A stretch of 64,000 nt of DNA, taken from the NCBI RefSeq assembly GCF_963676685.1, contig NC_092350.1, forward strand, positions 61,690,001 to 61,754,000. The letters run 5' to 3'. The notes beneath the pieces are model-generated. The model worked only from the letters and a program-made list of their open reading frames with translations. It did no database searches and was not told the origin of the DNA. Shown in pieces: positions 25,465 through 39,300 of this stretch. How positions within the stretch are numbered: the stretch's first letter is position 1; every line of letters starts with the position of its first letter. Position numbers and translations under genes: made by a program. The stretch is from Mytilus edulis. Lineage: Eukaryota.

Positions 25465-27371
25465 TTTCAACGAGTGACCGAAAAACACATTAATTCACGA
25501 ATGCGCAAATTGTCAATGAGTAAAAGTATTGTGTTTGTCGTCTGTAAGATTCGTAATATAAATGGTAACTGTATTATAGTATATCATATTGTTGTGTATA
25601 TTTTATCTCAAATTTTGTGTCTTTGAGTGCTTTTTACGATGTAATAATAGCCAATAAGAAAATTGACAAAAAATGTCAAATATTAAAAGAAGCAATTGAG
25701 AAAGTGTTTTAATTTTCCCGTGAATTGCTGTGAAAATCTTCCGGAAACATTGTGTGTTTGTTTAACGATAGAAATGAGCAATTATTAAAATCATTAAATC
25801 GTTAAAATAAAATAAGATAAAACACCAATCATCTAATAAACCACATTGTATATGATAATATTAATATCAAAATTGTAAAATGTCATTAAATATTGTCCTT
25901 TTCCATCTTTTCATATTTGTTTTGTTTTACTTAAAATTTGTTGGAAATGTTGACAAAAATTGTTACTATACTCTGTAACAATATAATAATAAAAATCAGT
26001 TGATGACGCATGGGAGATGAAAGTGTTATTTTATCAGGGGTTGACAGGATACATTTAATTGTTCATAGTTTCATCTTAACGATTCTTGTGCAAGCACATT
26101 TAATGACCGATGATTAAATTCAGGTGTTGTTGTTGGTTTCCACTTTACATAGGACTTAATCTCTGTGTTAAAGTCTGATTCTACCTATTCCAACTGTATA
26201 GATGTAAGGATGATCCGTTTCGGACGATTTTAAATATCATTACATTTCAGATTCTGAGTCCAGTTAATGTTTATTATTTAGTGATGTTTGCAAGAAATCA
26301 ACCTTTTTTTTCGGAGAAAGTCACTAAATTTGAAACCATTATACATAGTTGGCATTATTATTTTATTTTGCTGTGTATATTTATCCGAGAACGAACAACA
26401 GCATAACCATAAAATGCGTTATCCCGTTAGTAACTTGGTTCTGACTGTAATGTCCGGTCATTCTTTAGTCATTGAAGTAAAACATAAGCTATGTTTGGTT
26501 TGTACACATTTATACAATCTCGAGTCAGAACCTTATGGTTCAGGGTGTCTAGTTCACTCAAAATACATGTTTGCACCCCAAATGTTTTTAGCCTGCATTC
26601 GTTTTCCTCCTTTATATTTTTTATAATAATGATTAAATTATTTGATAATGATAGAATGATGTAAATTTTAAATATTTATATTTACATTAATAAAATTTGT
26701 GAGTTTTATGATACTTCGAACTCAAAGCAATGACAGAAGTCAATACATGATCACCATGAAAACAACACAATACAATTGCATGCGTCTGATGCGAATTTCT
26801 GGATTAACCTAGGAACGCTGAAAAGCCGAAAATTAGAAAACTAATGATCTAAAGGACTGAAATACCAGTTGTTGATAAAAGGTTTAAGAAGATTGTTTAA
26901 AATGTACTTTCAATGATTTCATCTATTGGCATGATTGCGAAGAGTAGGAAGTCGTAAGGCAAAATAACAAAATCTGAAATCTTATTTAAGTGAATACACA
27001 TTAAACGTTTATTGAACTATTTTATAGTTTAATGAACAGTGGAACTCATACATGATAACTGTATACTCAATCGTACCATAATTTAATAAGCGCAAAATTT
27101 AAACATAGTCTTAATGTTAATGTGTCATCTACAGTTTAATCATTATTCACGAAGTCTTTTTGCATGGTTGTAATAAATTCTAATGAAGTACATTTTATAT
27201 AGGGTGTAACTACTGGGAATGTTTTCGCCCACGTGTCGTGCCGCCAACCTAGGTTAGCAACTCAGAGAAGTCCCGTTTAAACCAGTTCATTGATAAACAT
27301 ATCGTTAAAGCAATAACAGCTACATCACTGTGATACTTTTTTTTAATATTTCTCTTCTGTTTTTGATTCGA

Positions 27372-27415
27372 GTGCCACTAATGAGTCTTTTGTAGACGAA
27401 ACGCTCGTCTGGCGT
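27372..27415 (+). ncRNA. Type I hammerhead ribozyme with core mutation (CUAAUGA)
   Basis: GTGCCA CTAATGA GTC-TTTTGTA-GAC GAAAC GCTC GTC TGGCGT. The conserved G5 of CUGAUGA is A, so it is probably inactive. Confidence 0.8.
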
Positions 27416-27736
27416 AAATATAAAATTTTAATCCTGGTATCTATGATGAGTTTATTTACAACCAGTGGGTCGATGTCACTGCTGGTGGAGTTTTACTTCC
27501 CCGAGGGCATCACCATCCCAGTAGTCAAAACTTCTGTGTTGAAATGAGTTATCATTTATATGTTCATAATTATACAGTAAATGTCAACAAACTTTCAATT
27601 GTTGAAATACTAAAGCTTTTCTTACTCAGGAGAAGATTATCTTAGCTGTATTTGGCCAAAAAATTAGAAATTTATGGTCCTCAATGCTTTATAACTTCGT
27701 ACTTTATTTGGCCTTCTTAATATTTTTTTATTCGAT

Positions 27737-27778
27737 CGTCACTGATGAGTCTTTTGTAGACGAAACGCGCGTCTGGTG
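27737..27778 (+). ncRNA. Type I hammerhead ribozyme, intact core
   Basis: CGTCA CTGATGA GTC-TTTTGTA-GAC GAAAC GCGC GTC TGGTG. Stem I CGUCA/UGGUG, stem II GUC/GAC, minimal stem III with palindromic ACGCGCGT. Confidence 0.88.
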
Positions 27779-28034
27779 TAAATATAAATTTTCAATCATG
27801 GTATCTATAATGAGTTTAATAACAAATATTTCCTGGATTTTTTAACCTAATTCAGATATCCGGAATACTCTTGTTTCATTCATGTATTGTTATAACAGAT
27901 CTCCTTTCATAATAAACCTGCTTTCTTTTCCTAATTTAAGAACTTCGAAATCGAAGGAAAAAAAACATTTTCAACTTCTAATATTTCCTCAACAGCAACC
28001 TGACTTTTACATTTTTAGTATCGTCATTTACTTT

Positions 28035-28192
28035 TAATTTAAAACTGTCACAATGTATCAGTAATTTAAAACTGTCACAATGTATCAGTAATTTAAAACT
28101 GTCACAGTGTATCAGTAATTTAAAACTGTCACAATGTATCAGTAATTTAAAACTGTCTGTATCAGTAATTTAAAACTGTCACAATGTACCAG
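28035..28192. repeat. 27-bp minisatellite, ~6 copies
   Basis: (taatttaaaactgtcacaatgtatcag)n, one unit with a 4-nt deletion. No spacers. Confidence 0.95.
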
Positions 28193-31100
28193 AGTAGTAT
28201 ATATGGTTAAATATGGTAATGGACTTTTTGTCACATAATATGTATAAAATATATATCAAAGTAGCTGAAATTAAATTCATTAATAGAACAGCAATGAAGA
28301 GTCTCAATACACTCCAATTTTACAAAGTGTTATCTTCATTCACAGTTCTAAGAATGCATTTAAGTTTTAAATCTATTCCTACATACTACTCTTTTTGTAT
28401 TTAAGTTATATAATTATCGTACATTTGAACTTTTTAATAATTCGGTTACTTTTCGTAAACTAACTTATAAAAATTGAAAAGATGTCATTGGGAAACTTTT
28501 GTACGATTTATTTGACAGGTGTGTTGACGTATAGTTAAGTAGTAAATGCCTATAAAAAGTACAGTGCGGAATAGCAGGTATCTAGTGGTAGTTCAGATTT
28601 TTTTCATAGCGATGAGAAAAAAGGGAATATTAAATAAGTTAAGAAATTACTAAATTTACCAAAATGATGAGCGGCAAATATTCTATTGAATTGTTTATAA
28701 TCACTTTCTGTTTAAATTAATGATTTAAACGGGTGTGACCGAGTGCCAGTTTTGTATTTTTGTTAAAACAACCTTTTAATATTGAATTTCAAATCATTTA
28801 ACATATCCTGTCATAAATTTTGATTCCGTGCCTTTTACGTCTTTGCACTGACTCAATGTTTGAATGTTGCGACACTTATGCAATAGCTATGAATAAATAT
28901 TGGTTGTGGCAATCATGTTTTAACAGTTAAAATCTATTGGCTTTAAACCGTTTGTTTTTACTGTTCCGACGTTTTTCGTGTAAGGACAGTTTTTATTTAA
29001 ATGTTACAACTTTCCAATGGTTGAAGGTATGTGTAATTCCAACGTTGATTTTTTCCAATTAGTCTTTTTAAATTCGAACTTTTCAAAGAATTGTGCATAG
29101 TTTTACCTTGTTTCAGATTAATCAATACTTGACATGAGTAAAGTGTTATCCTGTCCAGTACTATAGAACAAATTTCACATATCAATTCAAGTCATATAAG
29201 AAAATGATCATCACTGGCAGTTAACCCACAAATTTCCCCTTTATTTAAACTGTGCACAAGCTTAAGTAACCATGTAACCTCAAGTTTCCAAAATATTCTA
29301 TAGAAACACCCAATTAAAAAAATAATAGTTCTTTGAAATACTCAAGATATGTGTTTATGACTAAAAGAAGTTTTATTGCAATAAAATGTAGCATAAATTA
29401 CCTACAACTGTCAAATTAATAGGAATATTTTTTAAAATTTTTTCTTATGCAACTGGATGTGAAGTACAATGATTTAGTGGTATTACATCTGCATCAATTG
29501 TTATCAACCTGACCACTTTTTCGGCGTTTAAACAGTTTTTTTACTGTTACATTTTTTTTTACAGTTGGGACAGTCGTAAACCAACTTTTTCAATTTGACA
29601 ATAGTTGTTTCAGTCCTTGAATAACAATATAATTATTATGACAATACTGTCTTAACGTAATTTTTACAACACAACTAAATAAAAAGTTGTTATTATATTA
29701 TGTACACATGATATTCCATTTCAAAATCTACTTATTTGAAGAACAAAGCACGTACGAAAAGATAGAACATTAAACATAAAAAATGCGATGACAGACTACA
29801 AAAGAACACAGCCAAATTAATTGATTTGTAATAACTGCAAATGGCTGTTTGTGTTATCTTTTATAAATGTTATGTCTTATACATAAACTATATGCCTACA
29901 TAGAACTCTTTTTGTTTTTAAGTTATTTTAGACTCTTTTGAATAATAAATTTATCGAACATTTGATTTAATACTGTTTTCAATTTTTAAAAATTCGGTAT
30001 TTCCAATGACTCCTTATCGAAAACAAATTTACAATTTCTAACCAACAATGCGTTTGAAATGTTGATATAAAGAAATAGTTATCTGGACTATTGTACAAAA
30101 TTGTAATATGTCTACATCAGTTAAGGATACGTATGAATTACTCCAACGTGCTGCCAAAAGAACATTCTTTAGAAATGTATAAATATACAATTATAAACAT
30201 GGTCGCTATCTAATTAACTCATGTTATGAAATCGAAGTTAATATATCTCACGAGATGGTTTTGGGAATAATGAATTATAATATTATGCATACAGTATCTG
30301 GGGAGACATGTTTAAAAGCAATATACTGATTATTTGTATGGAAAATTATGAATTTAGAAAAAATGTATTGATTTGTAATTATTACATGAGGACGTGCAAG
30401 CTAACAAAAAGGATATTTAATTTTATGCGTTTTAAATAAGTTATATTTCATTAGTAGTTCGAGATACTATCAAAAACATCAACAAACAGCAAGTGAATTT
30501 GGTTTTGTCTAATTTGATAGAATGAGTTTTTGCTTTTTTTTTTAATTTTGCCAACATACAAGTATTTTTGTAATGTAATAATGTTATGTTTTGTTATAAG
30601 TTAAATAATGGAAAATTTATATTGACACCGTTTGTCCTTTTTAACAATTATCTACTTCAAATGATTTCATATCAACACAAAATCTTAATTCTAATCGAGT
30701 GACATATAGGTGTCAATTAAAAAAAAAATTTATAAATGGTTTTTGAACTTAAAAGTGATATTTCTCCATCTGTGTAAGGTAAGTATAAAAAAGCTCCCAG
30801 ATTCGCATAAACATGTTAACATACTGCGATAGTCGAAGGAATTAAACAATTTAGAACTTGTTTGTGTCACTTTAATATACGTTTCGTTTAACAGTATACA
30901 ATAAAGAAAATAATTTTTGGAAACTTGTCCTATGCAGTTGAATAATCATATCATCCATACTTTCTTTTATTACATGAATTAAGCTGTAGATAAAGGCATC
31001 AACAAATTAAAGCAAGTCTAGTTTATGCTCAAGATAAGAGAGCAAACACATACTGAACGGATATCACAAATCAGCATTAACTGTATCTCAAGATGCTTTG

Positions 31101-31687
31101 AATAACAAAAAAAAAAATGCCTGCACCTATCAACACTGGCCATATTTGTCTTGTGAAATTGAAATAATAAAATGACGGATATATAATGCATTTTTTGAAT
31201 TACAGCAATAGTTGAACACACTGACTACAATTTTCTGTTAGCTTTAATTTTGAGTGCCAACATTCCATTTTTTATTCAAAATAACGAACCATCATAAACA
31301 ATCAGTAGTTGTGAACATTCATGGCTCATTAACCCATCAAAATCATTGGCCTGTATCAATAAGCACTACCAATATGTGCCCGTTTTAGCACAATAGAAAT
31401 GTTAAATTGATATTGGTACATTTTGTAGGCTTTAATTGTGGGTTTCCCTTCATATGCATAAACCGAACAGACACTGACATGATGAGTGTTTACAATTAGT
31501 GTAGCAAAAAGTTTAAACGCGTAAATCAACACTGGCAATATTGTTATCTTATATTGCAAAATATTGGTTGGCATCACAAATAAGAAATTTAGTAACTCAT
31601 GGTAAATGGTATAATATAAATGACATTACAATGACTACGAAATGTTTTGAATTAAATTTAGACAGCCGACGCTGTTCTCTTTTCATG

Positions 31688-32163
31688 AAAAAAACTGAAA
31701 CTACATTAAAAAAAATGTTCTCCAGCATCATTTAACACTAGCAATATTGTGCTATAACGACAGTTATACACCAAGGTCGTACATTGATAGATTTCAAAAT
31801 TTCATCTTTTTTACTCAAAACACTAAGCTGGCTCTAAAACCAGTACTTCTGGTATCCCTTGTTACCAGTGTTGATTGATGCAGGAAAATAAATATGTTAT
31901 AATATTATCTTGTGGTGTCAGAACTACTGACTTTAGTGCCAGCTAAATGTTTTGAATAAAAACGATGTAATGTTGGATCTATAATTTAAAGCAGAGAAAC
32001 ATGTCCTATCCTTGTTAACTAATATTGTTAGGGTTTTATATTATACAATCAATCCTCTGTTACAACCCAGGTATATAATTTTCATTATAGCACAATATTA
32101 TTAGTATTAAATGTTGTTGGCGAACATTTTGTTATATATAATGCAGTTTCAGGTTTATTTTTT
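31688..32163. repeat. Old inverted repeat, ~95-bp arms (31688-31782 / 32058-32163)
   Basis: ctgaaactacatta...aaaatgttc...catttaa...aatattgtgctataa matches the reverse complement of the right arm. Confidence 0.7.
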
Positions 32164-33870
32164 AATAAAAAGCCTAGTATTTTAGTAAACATATAGAATG
32201 TGTCCCATAAAGGTTCTACAGAAATTAAAGATATCTCAATGGTGTATTTTTTTTCTCGTCCTGGACGATATGGGACAAATAATATAGTTTAAGATTGATA
32301 GTATTTATATGTGCTTATGCAGAGTATGAATTGAAATAAAAGTTACTGAGCATAATGATGAACTTCCATATATCTACGACATAAGTTCAAGCCTGTTCTG
32401 ACATTATATATTCTAAGATAATCTTGTTTTAAATGCAAACTAGCTTTTTAAACATTAGCACATAAGCGTATCCAATAAAAGACAAATTCTCAAATGTACT
32501 AATTTTATATTGTAACTGTTTATTTTTCAGTTATAAAAATAACTGTCAAGGGTTTTATAATTCTCCCTGACAACTTGAGACATAATAATTTTGTACCTTC
32601 TATTTTTCTAACAATTATACTTTTTACTGTATACAACAAAAAAAGATATCTCTAATATCAAATAATATTAAGACCAAATTAAAAAAAGGAGAAAACATAG
32701 ACCATTTAAGTTTTGTTTTAATGGAATTGTTTAAATAAAGAACATTTTACCTGAATTGCATTTATATTTTTTACAAACATTAACAGTCCAATGAAGGTTA
32801 CATATATGATCATTTTCCTCAGAACTCCATCGGTAAGAATAAGTTTCATATTTTAAATTAAGCAACCACTTCATACAACCAGGTATCCAGTATCGTACAA
32901 GTTTGTCGAATATCAAACAACTGTTATATATTTATTAACTTCAGTGCATTTTTTTCTGTTCGGTGTTAGAGAGCTGTCGCAGCTGCATTTCCATTAACAG
33001 CTTCGTTAACTTGTTGGGATGTTTGCTCATGCATCGTAATTGACATTATTAGACAAGTGGAATAGGCGTTTCTTTTAGTCTGTATACAGTATAACCAAGT
33101 TTGATTGGATGGTTGATATGATTTGACATGCTAGTTTACAACAGTTGCAAAAAGTAAAATTGACAATGAAGTATTGATTATTGGCTTGATTTTACTATGG
33201 TTTCACTCCATATGATGGATAAGCAAATATGTATTCTTTTAATAATTTTTTTTATTTGATATTTGAAATTTAAGCTATATGTCAATATATATATCAATTA
33301 CAGAGAATTGTTCATTGGTTTTTCATTTACCAAATTCGAATAATATTCGAATCTATTTATACAAGGATATATTGTTTATAACAGCAGCGCATCGACTATA
33401 TTTGGCCACCTAAAGGTTGCACTTTGTAAATACAGCTGTTTCTCAAACCACGATTTTTGAGAAGATATAGAATATTCATAGATAATTAATTTTGTTTTCA
33501 TACTGGTTCCCAGTTATGATCTCTATGTTTTATCTCATATAGACATAACTTAGGACTGTTACCAGTAAATATACATATGCATATTGTTTATATTGAAACA
33601 TGTGGTTATCCTACAGTCAAGGTAGGGATAGTTAAGAAATATAGGGTTAGTTTAAACTCTTTGAAGTTCGGGGCATATAAACGTTGAAAAAAAGCCACAC
33701 AACCCTATATTTGACCTTTGAAAAAAAAATGTAGAGCATAAGAAATTATGAACTTTCCATTCTACACTACCAAGAATTTACTCACGTTTTTTTGGTACAT
33801 TTCTACCCTCGTATATATCAGTACTGTTCGGCAAGACAGAAAACTAGTAATGTTATACTTTTTGTTTATT

Positions 33871-33976
33871 CAGTACTGATTTTGACAGTACTGTTTCAGT
33901 TCTGATTTTGTCAGTACTGTTTCAGTACTGATTTTGACAGTTCTGTTTCAGTGCTGATTTTGTCAGTACTGTTTCA
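33871..33976. repeat. 26-bp minisatellite (~4 copies) built from palindromic CAGTACTG subunits
   Basis: (cagtactgattttgacagtactgttt)n with variants. Confidence 0.9.
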
Positions 33977-34142
33977 TTATAACACTTATTAAATCAGTAC
34001 TGTATCTGTAAGGAATTTTTCATTACTGTTAAACATCACTGTGTTCATAAAAAAGATGTCCTCTTTTTAATTACGTAAATGTGCATCTTTTTAAAGGTTT
34101 TTTTTTTGTTTCTATTTCAGGTAAAATTTAGTTTATTTACCT

Positions 34143-34226
34143 TAAAATTGGTTACAATGTTTACATTTGAATGCATACCGTGATTAAAATTAGTTACAAT
34201 GTTTACATTTGAATGCATACCGTGAT
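34143..34226. repeat. 42-bp tandem duplication
   Basis: taaaatt(g/a)gttacaatgtttacatttgaatgcataccgtgat twice. Confidence 0.95.
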
Positions 34227-34629
34227 GCCTATTTAAAAGGTCTTAGGTTGTTTTGTATATTTGGGGTGAGTTAATTGTTCTCTTTAGACACTTACCACAT
34301 TTCCATTCATTTTCTATATCGTGAAATGTTGTTGTTTTCGTTATGTTTTTTTTTATTTCTTTGATTTAATTTTGTCCTGATTTGGTTTTGCTTTAGTTCC
34401 AGCTCTTTAATAGTTACTTAGCTTTTTTTTTAACATTCTGGCTTTATGTCATATTTATTGTCAGAATTGCATCTTGTGTGGTTATTTTATAAGGTTTATG
34501 TTTTTAGTAAGATCTTATAAATATTTCTATTTGACAATACCATATTACATGTATTTGTATCTTGCTAAAGTCAAATCAGAACATATTGAACAAGAATTGA
34601 ACATTGGAACTTGGTATATTACTTTTGAG

Positions 34630-34915
34630 AAGATGGATGGTTGGATGGATGTTATGTGATCCAGTGGCAAGTTGAGTGCAGGAAGAGGACATGAAACTCA
34701 GATATAAATACAATGTAATTAACCTATTTTGTACAGAACTAGACCAATAATGCACTGAGGTACTTTTTTAACATGCTAGTTCACCACAAGGAGAGAATCT
34801 ACTATAAGACATGACCCTCTTTACCAGGTACCTTCAGACTGAACAGTCTATGTTAATTCTCCTTAATGCTGTGTGCTGAGGGAATAATCAGAATATGACC
34901 ACTTTTCCAGTCTTA
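34630..34915 (-). mobile_element. Decayed SINE (Meta-domain-like)
   Basis: tagaccaa...atgctagttcac...ccttaatgctgtgtgct body with a (gatg)n tail. Resemblance to bivalve SINEs is from recall. Confidence 0.45.
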
Positions 34916-36134
34916 TTTCTCATAAATAAATTTCCAATCATATGCCCATTGTTAGATTTTTAATGGTTAAATTTCTTTTTTTTTTGTATACATTAATCAT
35001 TCTGCAATTTCATTCACTTGTAATGTGTGTATTGTGAATAGTAACTTAGGTATGCATAATTGTTGTACTCTTTCCTGTAAACCCTTACTGCAGAGCGTAC
35101 AATGTATTTTACTAAAAAAATATATGAAATTTGGTGTAACAATATTTAGGCATCCTGTTAACGGGGATTGAAACGGTCAGATTTAAACTACATTACTCAG
35201 TATAGCATGTTCACATGAAGAATGATGACTTTCAGGAAACTCTTAATTTGTAGTTCCTCAGAAAACTGTGATGCCTTTGAATCTTAGAGACATACGTACA
35301 GAGGTACATTTGGTAAAAGTATAAAAATCTAAAGACTGATTTCCAACAGACTGATTAATGTCTGACGGAGGTCATTTGGTACATATTTTATATCAACCTT
35401 TTTAATTTTTGAACATACATGGTTTGCTTATCAAAATTGATTTTTTTGACTGCATAAAACAAGCTTAGGAACTCAAATTTTTAATTTTATCTTCTTACCA
35501 ACTGCAATAACCTCCATTGCAAATACAATAAACAGTAATCTTTAGATTGAACAGCATAAAAGAGAAATAAATGTGTTTTTCTCTTCCTCAATTTGATGTT
35601 ATAATCACGGTTTCATAATTCTTAATGTTATTTTCCACTGCTCTTCCAATGCGTGTGATACATATCTTTGCCAACTTGTTTCTGGAAAGGAAATAGTGGA
35701 TTATAATATTTATTATTTTTGTTAAAGTCCAATAATTAGATCAAACATAGGTCAACCATGATATAATGTGAATCAGTGTACATGCATTGCTAAAGGTAGT
35801 ATAACGTTAATTATACAAGGTTCATATTATACATGGAGAAAAATGAAAAAAAAAGAATGGAATAATGTTTTATTTACCTACCTGAAAACTGGCATTGAAG
35901 TCATACAACTTTCGAGTCAGCTTTTTACTCATTCTCGAGAATGAACAAATCAACCAAAAAAAATTCTGGAATTCATGATTCGAGCACGATTTTGTTGTGC
36001 TCCGAGCACTGAGAAATTTTTTTTGACTTAAGGGCCTGATCTAATACGATTTGGAGAGGAATTTTAGCGCCCCAAGTCTTGGTTCATGGCAAATTCCCAT
36101 GTTTTCAATACGGGCTGCACTTTAACATTCTTAT

Positions 36135-36345
36135 ATTGTTTGTTATAAATTAGGTCGTTAAATTTTCTACATTGAATTGTTTCATATATTGTTTATGTCT
36201 TGCTCTTTTGTAGCCGACAATACGGTATGGGTTTTCTCATTGTTGAAGTCTGCACAATTGCATATTATTGTTCACATCCACATCACATCAAATTTGGTGG
36301 ATAGTTGTCCCATTGGCAATCCTACAACTTTTCATTATTTTATAC
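36135..36345 (+). repeat. Abundant short interspersed repeat (same family as 11452 and 7150-7372)
   Basis: tacggtatgggttttctcattgttgaag...ggtggatagttgtcccattggcaatcctac. Confidence 0.75.
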
Positions 36346-39300
36346 ACTATACAGCAGTTTAAAAATAAAAAAAGTATTTTTTTGGTGGAATTTTTCATTA
36401 TTAGTACCAGTGGCAATTCTCATTATATTATCTTTTAAATCTGTTATTCAGTTTCAGAGAAGGAGATCTTTGTTTATTTTTCCTGCAGGTTCCTAAGTTA
36501 AAATATGTCCTGCTGTTACACTCATCTTTGGATCGGCATCAAACACATAGTTATTAACATAATCTGATTACTTGAGCACAATATCAATGCAATCTGTATA
36601 ACAGTTAACTGAGAAGTTGTGTGTACGGATATGTACTTCCCATAGACTTCTTTGTTAACTGAAATGACATCTTTCAATTGTTGTCGAATTGTATTGCTGC
36701 TCTTTATTCTTTTGAATTTGCATGTTGTTGGTTTGTTGTCCAATGAACAAACTACAACATTTCATGTTATTGAAATAAAATACTAGGAAAAGCTGCAAAA
36801 ACTTACTTAAAACAATCATAAATGAGTGTAAAGCTATGCCTACCTTTCGAATTATTTCAATGTTCTACGGTCACCTTTCATACCAGTTCTATCTTTATCT
36901 CATATATCATCTGCTCATTACAGTTGTTAGTTGTTGATCTATAAGACTTTATTTTCCTCATAGACTTAGTCTGTGTGTTCTGGTGGGATCCATTTTTAGA
37001 TACCTTTAACATGTTTAACAATAGATACTGTATCAAATATTTTGCATGAATTTATAAAAAAGTTGTTTTTCCCAACATGCATTTTAAGGTACTATTTATT
37101 GACGTAACACTTTATAAATTGTCCTTTGAAAAAGTACATCATGAGATAAAGATTGTATCGATGATTTACAAAATGCTGCCAAGTGGTTCAGGAGCAATTG
37201 ACACATACATGGGACATAAGGACAAGATTTGTTCCATATGTGACAACATTCTACTAAGAAAATTTCACCAGTAGTGCAAGTCTGTCATCATAAAGGATAA
37301 TGTTTATGTGATACAGTAAAAACAGTAAAAACATCGATAGTAACATTGTGCGGGATGTAATTTTCAACAAATGTGACTGTGGGATTTGTCACTTTTGGTC
37401 GGAAACCTCATATAGAAAGAAAGTGCCATGATCTCTGCAGGTTAAGAACTATTGCAACAACTCTTTGAGGGGCCGTGAGGGGTCGTCGGTGGCCTTTTGT
37501 CTGAACCTGCAGCAGGGCAAATTCCTGTCCCTATTGAATATGCTTTCATTGTCCAGTGGCAGTCCAAGTTTCTTTGACCTTCTTTCACCCCAGATCTATT
37601 TCAGGAATTACATATTGTACTTATAATATTCAACAATTGTTTTGAACATGCATGTAATATTTGCGACTGGACATTAAGCACATTTTTAATACATGTACTT
37701 TATGAATATGTTATTTTTTTTTAGGAATTTCAGTAGGATTATTTTTAACTATTGGGATTTAATCCTCTTCAAATAAAGATTTTTTATACAAAATATTGCT
37801 CAATACTTATGTGTCAGATTATTCGTGTGTCGTTCCAATGTGTGGTCGGACTATAAATAGGGCGTCGAGCTAAAAATGTTTGGCTTTTCCCGTTTCCTCC
37901 CCGAGGAGTCTGTGCATTACATTTCATATTTGATAAGTTTAAAAACTACGAGCAGGGAAAATATATGTTGTTTTATAAAGATATATAATAAAAGTTTATG
38001 CTAGCTGCTTAAATGTATATATTTTAAAGGATAACGATGGAAATAACGTTAGTATACACAGTAAGTTCGTGCGCATGTGTCAAACATATTTTGTGCTCAT
38101 TAGAACACGGCTTTGTTTACAAAGCGTAATAAGGATGTCATATTAGAATTCATAATTGTTCAGTTAGAGAACGATTTAACAATATTAGAAAGCAATAACT
38201 GTGTGGGTCCTATAATGGGGCTTGTCCGGGATGAAGGGTGGGAAATTTAGACTGGGCGATTAAGATATAATGAATAAGGACAGACAATCAGTCTAACAAC
38301 GGGCCGTCTGCAGACCAAATAAAGATTTATTGCGATGAATCTCTTTTACAACATTAGGAATCGAATGTTACAACCCAATTTTGATCGGCCGTGTTTGCAT
38401 CCTTAGGGTTTGAAGAAAAAAAACCCACTAAAATGATTTGAATTCGCTGAAAAGAATACAAATTATCTCTTGATTAGGAAATTTCAGCCATGTCCTTGCT
38501 TTTACAATAAATTAGTCACTTCTTTAACACTTTTCTCTATTACCCCTTTATATTTTTCATCATGAAGACATTTTAATTTCAAAGACAATAAAATATGTTT
38601 GATCAGATAAATGAAGGAACACCCCAGACAGTAACTTACACTTTCACATAGTTTATCTGATAAACAGTTACATTGCCGTTCCTTCTTAAAGGACATTGAC
38701 CTAAGGAATTTCTTTAAATAGTAATTAATACAACCTTTTATTGTGAATTAATGCACATATCAAAATGATCGATTTATTGCATCTATAACTAGCATCAGTG
38801 GAAATACCACATTTGAATGAATAGAGTTAAATTGGTTTGACAAATAATTGATGCGTTTACGGCAGCCGCTCTGTTTTATTCGCATCAAAAATAATACGGA
38901 TTAGTTTCAGATACTTGTGATATAATCAAGCAAGTGATAATATCAACCTATCGATATATTCAATCTATATATTATAGAGCATGTAATATTCTCATCACTA
39001 CCACTCATTACATAGTCAGTGGCCCTCTCCCCCCCCCCCCCCCCCGATGTCTTCAGATCTACCTTTTCAAACGCATGTAAGTAACATAAATATAAATATA
39101 TTTATATATTTGTTTGGCGGTTTATCTGATACTGTGGTATAATTTTTGTAGCGTTATCATGCAACCATGTAATTACACAGTCACGCTATTCTATGCATCA
39201 ATTTCCCTCTTAAATAAATGTACAAAAATTGTTACTTGTCATTGACCTTCAAGATAAAACCCCAACCTTGATAACTGTGGAATTTTGCGAAAGACTTTAA

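Larger units (their letters stand above)
27352..27820 (+). mobile_element. Non-LTR retrozyme-like element: 364-nt unit bounded by two type I hammerhead motifs
   Basis: Direct repeats 27361-27457 and 27725-27820. Predicted GUC cleavage after 27409 and 27773, 364 nt apart. No ORF. Confidence 0.88.

Noticed and set aside
26288-26626. 112-aa ORF with hydrophobic N-terminus
   Set aside because: Non-ATG start, no splice or family support, and composition is consistent with random AT-rich sequence.
28035-28192. Regular 27-bp repeats as a CRISPR array
   Set aside because: Units are head-to-tail with no unique spacers, there are no cas genes, and the context is eukaryotic. It is a minisatellite.
33871-33976. 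Palindromic CAGTACTG repeats as CRISPR or an operator array
   Set aside because: Simple 26-bp tandem repeat without spacers.
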